The notes beneath the pieces are model-generated. The model worked only from the letters and a program-made list of their open reading frames with translations, was not told the origin of the DNA and ran no database searches. This document shows, one piece after another, positions 8,461 to 14,642 of a stretch of 14,642 nt of DNA (within the stretch, counting starts at the first letter, position 1; each line of letters begins with the position of its first letter). The position numbers and the translations under genes are program-made. Source of the DNA: Promethearchaeota archaeon (GTDB taxonomy: Archaea; Asgardarchaeota; Lokiarchaeia; Sigyniarchaeales; SOKP01); assembly GCA_016840165.1 (NCBI GenBank), contig JAEOSU010000008.1, positions 1 through 14,642 of the forward strand. Reading direction: 5' to 3'.

Positions 8461-8568
8461 TTATTTCTTTTTTGCGGGAGCCTTTTTCTTTGGAGCAGGC
8501 TTTTTCTTTGCTGGTGCTTTCTTTTTAGCAGGTGCTTTTTTCTTTGCCGGAGCTTTCTTTTTTGCCAT
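8461..8568 (-). CDS. 35-aa Lys/Ala/Pro repeat peptide MAKKKAPAKKKAPAKKKAPAKKKPAPKKKAPAKKK (histone H1-tail-like)
   Basis: ATG at 8568 to TAA at 8461 bounds the repeat exactly. Composition 18 K, 10 A, 6 P, 1 M. The 18-bp units differ almost only at synonymous positions. Too short for the supplied ORF track. Confidence 0.85.
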   Translation of the reverse strand: MAKKKAPAKKKAPAKKKAPAKKKPAPKKKAPAKKK

Positions 8569-8991
8569 AATCTCTCATACTTCCCTTAGTCTATTGTTGT
8601 TATTAAATAGTAATTATGTGTGATTTATTCACATATATTCATTAATAAATGTTTTTATTATTTCACTTCCAATCCAATATTAATTCCAAATTGATTGGTT
8701 TAAACTTTTATCAATCATTATTACCAATATCTGTCCCAGATTTTGAAGATTTATTAATAAAATTAATTCTAATACACTTAAAAAATAAAATATTAATCGT
8801 AAGTTGAGCATAGAAAAACATATTTGTGAGGAGTAATGAGAAGATGGTAAAATTATTCTCGTTTTCTCTTTTTTCTCATGACAAATTGGAGAAAAATGGA
8901 TGAAAAATATTAAATACTCTTATTATTATATGGGTTTTGCAAATTTACTTTTCGACAAAATTATTCAAAACGTGGGGTTTAGGTATCGGAA

Positions 8992-9513
8992 ATGATGTAT
9001 GATGCTATCTTCAAAATCGTGATTTTTGGAGATGGAGGATGTGGTAAAACAACATTATTAAAGAGATATATTTCAAATTTATTTATGTCCGATACAAAAA
9101 TGACAATTGGGGTTGATTTTGAAACAAAAACCCTTACTTTTGATGGTATGCAAGTCAAGTTAATGATGTGGGATTTTGGTGGAGAAGAACGATTTAGATT
9201 TATGTTTCCAAATTATATCTGTGGTGCCATGGGAGGAATTTTAATGTACGATATCACGGATTACTCTTCACTTTCTCATGCAGTTGATTGGTTAACAGTA
9301 TTAAATAGAAGTGAAAATACGATTCCAATTGTATTGATCGGAGGAAAATCAGACTTAGATATTATCCGAGAGGTTTCTTACAAGGAAGGCTTAAAAGTTA
9401 TGAAGGATATGAACCTGCATGCTTTTTACGAGTGTTCTAGCAAAACAGGTGAAAATGTTGAAAAAGTATTTAATAATCTAGTAGAATGTATGCTAAATCT
9501 TGCTTTTGTATGA
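8992..9513 (+). CDS. Rab-like small GTPase (Ras superfamily), paralog 1
   Basis: G1 GDGGCGKT, G2 MTIGVDF, G3 WDFGGEERF, G4 GGKSDL, G5 ECSSK. Confidence 0.95.
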   Translation: MMYDAIFKIVIFGDGGCGKTTLLKRYISNLFMSDTKMTIGVDFETKTLTFDGMQVKLMMWDFGGEERFRFMFPNYICGAMGGILMYDITDYSSLSHAVDWLTVLNRSENTIPIVLIGGKSDLDIIREVSYKEGLKVMKDMNLHAFYECSSKTGENVEKVFNNLVECMLNLAFV

Positions 9514-9645
9514 GAATTTTAAATAATTTTTTAGATCTACTCATCTAATTTCTCAAATATATATAAACATACAATTTATGATAATGATAGAAATAAAAAT
9601 TAGAAGATTAATTTCTCATAATGTCTAAAACTTAGAAGCACTAAA

Positions 9646-9921
9646 ATGCAAATAATTTACTATTTAGGACATATTTTATCGGAAAGGATTGGAATATCTC
9701 CCGCAGCTTCCCGAGGGCTAATTAAATTAGCAATAAAAGATGAATTTAGCCCTTTCAAGGCAATTGATTCATTGGGAGTACGGGATTTCAAAAACTTCAT
9801 TACCAATTCATTGAGTAAAAGACTTCAAGATTTAAATATAAAAAATTATAAAGAAATTATAGAATTTCTAATTCAAGAAGTAATTGAAAATCAATCAATT
9901 ATTACTATGGAGAAGATATAG
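9646..9921 (+). CDS. Small soluble, probably all-helical hypothetical protein
   Basis: 91-aa ORF with normal composition. Its stop is followed by GAGGGA and the ATG of the 7TM gene. Confidence 0.75.
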   Translation: MQIIYYLGHILSERIGISPAASRGLIKLAIKDEFSPFKAIDSLGVRDFKNFITNSLSKRLQDLNIKNYKEIIEFLIQEVIENQSIITMEKI

Positions 9922-9927
9922 GAGGGA

Positions 9928-10734
9928 ATGAATATGTTATTTCAAGCCAATATAATTATTAATTATTCCTTACAGGCTGTTTGGATTGTGTTACAATTAG
10001 TAGTAGCGATGTTTTTATTATTTAAAATGTTTCAAACTAAACGATACAATCTTACACCTTTAATACTATTTTTTATATTTAGTAGCATTCGAATCATATT
10101 TTTAGTCATAGTTCCTTCTTTACGTCCTATCTATTTAGTGCTAGTCCAATTTCCAAATATACTTCTCTTGATCTTTACGAAGTTAACCTTTTTTAAATAT
10201 AAGAAAAGCCCGTTTACAATCTTTCTTATCATCCTAATAATCGTAAGAACTATAGATTTTATTGTGAGACTAAATTTTAACATATCAATTCCGATGACTC
10301 TTGAGTTAAGTGAATCTAATTTAATCTATTATTACTATATTCTTTTTTCAGTCTCTATATCATATTTGCTTTCCCATGGTTGGCTAGGTTGCGTTTCAAT
10401 CCGCTATTATTGGTCAATAAAATCTGAACAAATAGCTCCGTGGATAAAGAAAAGGTATCTTTTAATTGCTATAAGCTCATTCATATATATACTCAACATT
10501 TTTATCTATTTTCTTTTCCCATATAAAAATGTTGATATATATGTTTTTCCTAACATTCTTTATTCATATACATTAGTTGGAATTGTAATATTTTATTCAT
10601 TTGGGATGTTTATCGCATGGATTATGCCGAAAAAGTTAAAGAGTTATTTCGATAAAGATTTTCAACCAGCGGAAGAAAAAGAACTCAGTGAACAAGAACT
10701 TATAGACCGTATCAATCGAGAACGAAAAAAATAA
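9928..10734 (+). CDS. Stand-alone seven-transmembrane protein, hypothetical
   Basis: Seven hydrophobic segments by eye, then WIMPKKLKSYF and a charged tail. No fused enzymatic or kinase domain. Confidence 0.75.
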   Translation: MNMLFQANIIINYSLQAVWIVLQLVVAMFLLFKMFQTKRYNLTPLILFFIFSSIRIIFLVIVPSLRPIYLVLVQFPNILLLIFTKLTFFKYKKSPFTIFLIILIIVRTIDFIVRLNFNISIPMTLELSESNLIYYYYILFSVSISYLLSHGWLGCVSIRYYWSIKSEQIAPWIKKRYLLIAISSFIYILNIFIYFLFPYKNVDIYVFPNILYSYTLVGIVIFYSFGMFIAWIMPKKLKSYFDKDFQPAEEKELSEQELIDRINRERKK

Positions 10735-10860
10735 CTTAAAGACCGTATTTAGAAAGCTCTTAAAACTTAAATTAATATCATTTTTACTGATAGTTTATAA
10801 TAGTAGGATTTTTTAATTTGAATAAAATCTAATATAATAATTCCATACGAGTTGAGATTT

Positions 10861-11229
10861 ATGACAAGGGTTGTTCATTTTGAATTGAATGTGAAAGATA
10901 TAGAAAAAGCAATAAAGTTTTATGAAAATGTGTTTGACTGGAAGTTTGAGAAATGGGAGGGTCCGATGGATTATTGGCTAATTATGACTGGTGATGAAGA
11001 TGAACCAGGAATTGATGGGGGATTAGGATTAGAGGAGGAGAATTTCCCTTCAGTAGTAAATACTGTTGACGTCGATAATGTAGATGAGGTTGTTAAAAAA
11101 GTAGAAGCAAATGGAGGCACAATATTAAGTCCTAAACATGCCGTTCCAGGAGTCGGTTGGTTGGCATATATTCAGGATTCCGAGGGAATTGTAATTGGAG
11201 TAATGCAGGAAGATATCAATGCTAAATAA
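10861..11229 (+). CDS. VOC / glyoxalase-bleomycin resistance family protein
   Basis: VVHFELNVKDIEKAIKFYENVFDW...VDNVDEVVKKVEANGG...VPGVGWLAYIQDSEG is the typical VOC pattern. ATG at 10861. Confidence 0.92.
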   Translation: MTRVVHFELNVKDIEKAIKFYENVFDWKFEKWEGPMDYWLIMTGDEDEPGIDGGLGLEEENFPSVVNTVDVDNVDEVVKKVEANGGTILSPKHAVPGVGWLAYIQDSEGIVIGVMQEDINAK

Positions 11230-11237
11230 TTTTTTTT
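11230..11237 (+). terminator. Oligo-T (T8) putative archaeal terminator
   Basis: T8 immediately follows the VOC stop codon. Confidence 0.45.
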
Positions 11238-11335
11238 CTAAGATATGAATTTATTTCTAAAATATTTTCTCAAAACTTTTTAATAACTGTAGGTTGATTT
11301 ATGCATTAAAGAAATCATTTTGAAAAGAAAATGAC

Positions 11336-11866
11336 ATGAGTTTTGACGCTATTTTCAAGATCTGCTTATTTGGTGATGCTGGTTGTGGTAAAACCACTTT
11401 AGCAAAGAGATATATGACAAATAAATTTATATCCGACACAAAAATGACTATTGGGGTTAGTTTAGAGACTAAGACTTTTAAACTTGATGAAAAAAGAATT
11501 AAATTGCAAGTTTGGGATTTTGGGGGTGAGGAACGCTTTAGATTTTTTCTTCCGGGTTATATTAAAGGTACTCATGGAGGAATTCTCATGTATGATATCA
11601 CCAACTTAGCATCACTTAGTCATTTAGATGATTGGTTATCTGTAATCAGGGAATCATATCAACGTTTCCCGATTGTGTTAACCGGAGGAAAACAAGACTT
11701 AGAGCCTGATAGACAGATTAGTTTTGAAGAAGGTAATAATTTCGCTAATTCTCGGGAATTAAGCGCATTTTTCGAAACTTCTAGTAAAACTGGAAAAAAT
11801 GTCGAAATACTTTTTGAAACTTTAATTATTTTAATGTTAGCTAAATTTGAGAAATCGTGGGTTTAA
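11336..11866 (+). CDS. Rab-like small GTPase (Ras superfamily), paralog 2
   Basis: G1 GDAGCGKT, G2 MTIGV, G3 WDFGGEERF, G4 GGKQDL, G5 ETSSK. About 100/173 identities to paralog 1 in an ungapped hand alignment. Confidence 0.95.
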   Translation: MSFDAIFKICLFGDAGCGKTTLAKRYMTNKFISDTKMTIGVSLETKTFKLDEKRIKLQVWDFGGEERFRFFLPGYIKGTHGGILMYDITNLASLSHLDDWLSVIRESYQRFPIVLTGGKQDLEPDRQISFEEGNNFANSRELSAFFETSSKTGKNVEILFETLIILMLAKFEKSWV

Positions 11867-11893
11867 TTTTTTTCATTTTTCAGGTTTTTCAAG

Positions 11894-12460
11894 ATGTCTG
11901 TAGAAGTAAACGGAAAGAAGGTTATTGTAAAGGATCGTATTTTATATTTAGGTAACATGCACATTAACTCTATATCTCAAATTAAAGGATTAGAAGAATT
12001 AACTGATTTAAAGACTCTTATCTTATTTAATAATGAAATTACTAACATATCTGGTTTAAAATTATTGAATGGATTAGAGAAATTAAATTTATATGGTAAT
12101 CGAATTACTAAGATAACAGGATTAGAAACATTAACAAGATTAAAGACTCTATATTTGTCAGAGAATGCGATTAAAGAAATAGAGGGATTAGAATCATTAA
12201 AAAATCTTGAAAATCTCTCGTTTGAAGATAATAAGATTGTAAAAATCAAAGGTCTAAACAATCTGATAAATTTACTCGATTTAAATTTGTTTGGTAATTT
12301 GATTAGAACTATTGAAGGTCTTGAAAGCCTTATTAAATTGCAAAGATTAAGAATTGGTAATAATCCTATACTCCAGAATATAATCAGCGAATGTGGAAGT
12401 CTTGATGAGTTAGGTTATGCTTTATCTCCTCAGAAATTTGTTGATTATTGTAATGGCTAG
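11894..12460 (+). CDS. Leucine-rich repeat protein, SDS22-like class
   Basis: Five full 22-aa repeats LxxLxLxxNxIxxIxGLxxLxx plus partial flanking repeats and a cap ending NNPI...PQKFVDYC. Confidence 0.93.
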   Translation: MSVEVNGKKVIVKDRILYLGNMHINSISQIKGLEELTDLKTLILFNNEITNISGLKLLNGLEKLNLYGNRITKITGLETLTRLKTLYLSENAIKEIEGLESLKNLENLSFEDNKIVKIKGLNNLINLLDLNLFGNLIRTIEGLESLIKLQRLRIGNNPILQNIISECGSLDELGYALSPQKFVDYCNG

Positions 12461-12564
12461 TAGGTTAATATTTTTATCTCTCTGCTAATGCAAGTTATGA
12501 TTTCAATAAATCTTTTAATGAGATAGTAAATTATAGATAATTTAGTAAAAATAATTGAATTAAA

Positions 12565-13731
12565 ATGTTTGACGTAGTAATTTCGGGAGCAGGCCCATCA
12601 GGATCGCATTGCGCTGAAGTATTGTCAACCGCAGGATTTAGTGTGGCTCTTATAGAAAAGGATGCGGATTGGAGGAAACCGTGTGGAGGTGGAATCAATC
12701 ATCGAGTATTAGATATGTATCCAGAACTAAGAAAGTTAAATTTACCAAAAATTCGAAACATTGCTATGCATTCAGCAGGATATAATAAATTGGAATATCA
12801 AGTATCAGAAAGGGCAAGAGGTACCGTCATGGATCGATTAGATCTTGATAATTTCATAAGGAATAAAGCTATAGATGCAGGAGCAGAATTATTTGATAAA
12901 AATTTATCATTTGATTTCATATATAAAAACCAGAAGAGGGTAGGCATTAAAACTAAAACACCTTCTGGGATGAAGGATTATTATGGAAATTTAATCATTG
13001 TTGCTGATGGGATGAGTTCAAAATTGTCTCTTAAATCGGGTTTACGAAAAAAATGGAGGACAGAAGAAATAGCAAATGGTAAATGTGCGATTAAGCAGGG
13101 CAAACATCAACTTGATGAAGAGTTTATCTATATTTATTTTAAACCATTCAAAGGCTATGCATGGATATTCCCTTTAGATGAAGAACGGTTTAACATTGGG
13201 GTCTATACCTTCTCAGAGGATAACATAAATTATGACTTGAATTCTGTTTATAATGATTTTATCAAAGATCCTGAAATAAAAAGCTACATACCGAAACTTG
13301 ACTATAGGGAATGTTGGTTAGGAGCCTATCCTTTTCCTGTGAACGGAATATTGGAAAAGAGTCTGATTGATGATCATGTAATGCTCGTTGGGGATACAGT
13401 TGGTTTTGTATCCCCTATCAGTGGTGAGGGTATTCAGCATGCGTTGCTTTCCGGAAAGATAGCTGCTGAAACAGCAATAAAAGCTCTTGAAAAGGAGAAT
13501 TTTTCAAAAGAATTTCTAAAAGAATATAAGAATCATCCTAAAATAAAGCAGCAAATAAGATCTTTCAAGTTAAAAAAATCTTTACGGGAGTTCTTTTATA
13601 AAGACAAGGGTAAATTCCTTAATAAAATACTACAATTAGCAGAACAAGATGCAGAATTTAGAGCTCAAGTTGTAGACATTTTTATGTCAAAACAAGTGCC
13701 AAGTAAAGAATTTCTATCTAAAATTCTTTAA
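12565..13731 (+). CDS. Geranylgeranyl reductase family flavoprotein
   Basis: FDVVISGAGPSG, KPCGGG, VADG, GYAWIFP and VGDTVGFVSPISGEGI motifs of the GGR family. Confidence 0.9.
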   Translation: MFDVVISGAGPSGSHCAEVLSTAGFSVALIEKDADWRKPCGGGINHRVLDMYPELRKLNLPKIRNIAMHSAGYNKLEYQVSERARGTVMDRLDLDNFIRNKAIDAGAELFDKNLSFDFIYKNQKRVGIKTKTPSGMKDYYGNLIIVADGMSSKLSLKSGLRKKWRTEEIANGKCAIKQGKHQLDEEFIYIYFKPFKGYAWIFPLDEERFNIGVYTFSEDNINYDLNSVYNDFIKDPEIKSYIPKLDYRECWLGAYPFPVNGILEKSLIDDHVMLVGDTVGFVSPISGEGIQHALLSGKIAAETAIKALEKENFSKEFLKEYKNHPKIKQQIRSFKLKKSLREFFYKDKGKFLNKILQLAEQDAEFRAQVVDIFMSKQVPSKEFLSKIL

Positions 13732-13865
13732 TTCTGAGCTTAGTGTAGTTGAGTACAGAATTTCTTTAATTCAAGAATTCGTTATATTTATGGTTTTGAA
13801 TATCTTTATAAACTAAATCTTTCATATTTTATCTACACTAAAGTACAAATTAATTATGAACATTC

Positions 13866-14642
13866 ATGAATGTAAAAGATCTTAAAGGAAAACCCGATTA
13901 TGATTTAAAAAAATTTTCAGGATACATGCTCTGGAAGCAATCAAATGGTTTTCATCTACGATGGAGGACTAAAAAATGGAAAAAAAGTTCTTTCCAAGGA
14001 ACAATAAGCTACCAAGATAAAATCATAATTATCAAAAAGGAAAATATTCAAAATGAGGACACCTTAACAAAGGAAGGAAATAAAGTAATAAAATGGGATG
14101 TGAAAGGACAAGATCAGTTAGTGGGCTTTAATTTTTTAACTCCAAAGTCGTTTACGTTAGATATTAGAATAAATAATAAAAAAGTAAAACAAAAAGAGAT
14201 TTATATTGGACCCGAAATGCAAAACCCAGATGAAAATCCCTTTATAGTAGAGCAACCTGCGAAAAAGAGAATCATAGAACCAGCATATGAGCCAGAACCT
14301 GAACCGGTATATAAGCCCGAACCTGAACCAGTATATGAACCCGAACCAGAACCAGTATATGAGCCCGAACCAGAACCAGTATATGAACCCGAGCCAGAAC
14401 CAGTATATGAACCCGAGCCAGAACCAGTATATGAACCAGAGCCTGAACCAGCATATGAGCCCCAACCAGAACCGGTATATGAACCAGAACCAGAACCAGT
14501 ATATGAACCAGAACCTGAACCAGTATATGAACCCGAGCCCCAACCAGAACCGGTATATGAACCAGAGCCAGAACCAGTATATGAACCCGAACCTGAACCG
14601 GTATATGAACCCGAGCCCCAACCAGAACCGGTATATGAACCC
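13866..14642 (+). CDS. Hypothetical protein: ~137-aa N-terminal domain followed by (EPEPEPVY)n repeats, runs off the right edge
   Basis: Manual translation [48 protein letters not shown]...[38 protein letters not shown]..., with no stop before the window end. Missed by the ORF track. Confidence 0.88.
   Translation, partial: MNVKDLKGKPDYDLKKFSGYMLWKQSNGFHLRWRTKKWKKSSFQGTISYQDKIIIIKKENIQNEDTLTKEGNKVIKWDVKGQDQLVGFNFLTPKSFTLDIRINNKKVKQKEIYIGPEMQNPDENPFIVEQPAKKRIIEPAYEPEPEPVYKPEPEPVYEPEPEPVYEPEPEPVYEPEPEPVYEPEPEPVYEPEPEPAYEPQPEPVYEPEPEPVYEPEPEPVYEPEPQPEPVYEPEPEPVYEPEPEPVYEPEPQPEPVYEP
14277..14642 (+). repeat. Coding tandem repeat, 24-bp unit (two 30-bp variants), 15 Tyr-containing units visible
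   Basis: Consensus GAA CCN GAR CCW GAA CCR GTA TAT. Twelve 8-aa units, two 10-aa units ([10 protein letters not shown]), an initial EPAY and a final partial EP. Confidence 0.95.

Noticed and set aside
8461-8568. Lys-rich repeat as a non-coding microsatellite or the tail of a longer gene
   Set aside because: The start and stop codons bound the repeat exactly, variation is synonymous, and the nearby upstream ATG (10 nt away) is out of frame.
8826-8902. SD-like GAGGAG with tiny ORFs (MRRW; MVKLFSFSLFSHDKLEKNG) and an 8-bp hairpin at 8870-8896
   Set aside because: Low-complexity AT-rich sequence with no coding or structural signal beyond chance.
9928-10734. Microbial rhodopsin or heliorhodopsin
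   Set aside because: No Lys in the middle of the seventh hydrophobic segment and no rhodopsin helix-C motif.
1336-11866. ICMT-like enzyme methylating prenylated C-termini of the nearby GTPases
   Set aside because: Neither GTPase ends in CaaX, CC or CxC (ends are LNLAFV and EKSWV), no prenyltransferase is present, and ICMT/PEMT-family proteins are widespread in prokaryotes.
1392-12261. Short overlapping ORFs 1392..1625, 2967..3155, 3504..3926, 3835..4029, 4915..5112, 5645..5857 and 11977..12261
   Set aside because: Each lies within or largely overlaps a well-supported gene on another frame or strand and has no recognisable motif.
13740-13841. 9-bp inverted repeat TTAGTGTAG ... CTACACTAA, possible MITE ends or ncRNA stem
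   Set aside because: Short, no target-site duplication, no second copy in the window and no C/D boxes seen. Compatible with chance.
14157-14621. - strand ORFs 14157..14621 (W/F-rich) and 14272..14454
   Set aside because: Shadows of the + strand EPEPEPVY repeat. Variation between units is mostly synonymous only in the + frame.
14277-14642. Possible CRISPR array
   Set aside because: Head-to-tail degenerate 24/30-bp units with no unique spacers, in frame with a protein, and no cas genes.

Overview
AT-rich, gene-dense chromosomal window that looks like an Asgard archaeon, most likely Lokiarchaeia. This is inferred from two Rab-like small GTPases, an SDS22-type LRR protein, a geranylgeranyl reductase, an IPG-type C-terminal sorting tail and archaeal-style TATA/oligo-T signals. 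The left part holds an alpha/beta hydrolase (truncated, missed by the ORF track), a NYN protein, an ICMT/PEMT-family methyltransferase, a FixC/GGR-like flavoprotein with a FixX-like ferredoxin, a membrane-anchored 7-repeat surface protein, a PAP2 phosphatase, a DUF6125-like protein, and an NDT-fold-like protein divergent from an ArsR-type regulator with an inverted-repeat operator between them. The right part holds GTPase / small helical protein / stand-alone 7TM protein / VOC protein / GTPase / LRR, then GGR. Two unusual genes absent from the ORF track are the most notable items: a 35-aa (KKKAPA)n linker-histone-tail-like peptide at 8461-8568(-), and a protein starting at 13866(+) with at least 15 Tyr-containing (EPEPEPVY)-type repeats running off the window. 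I saw no rRNA, tRNA, CRISPR array or mobile element.
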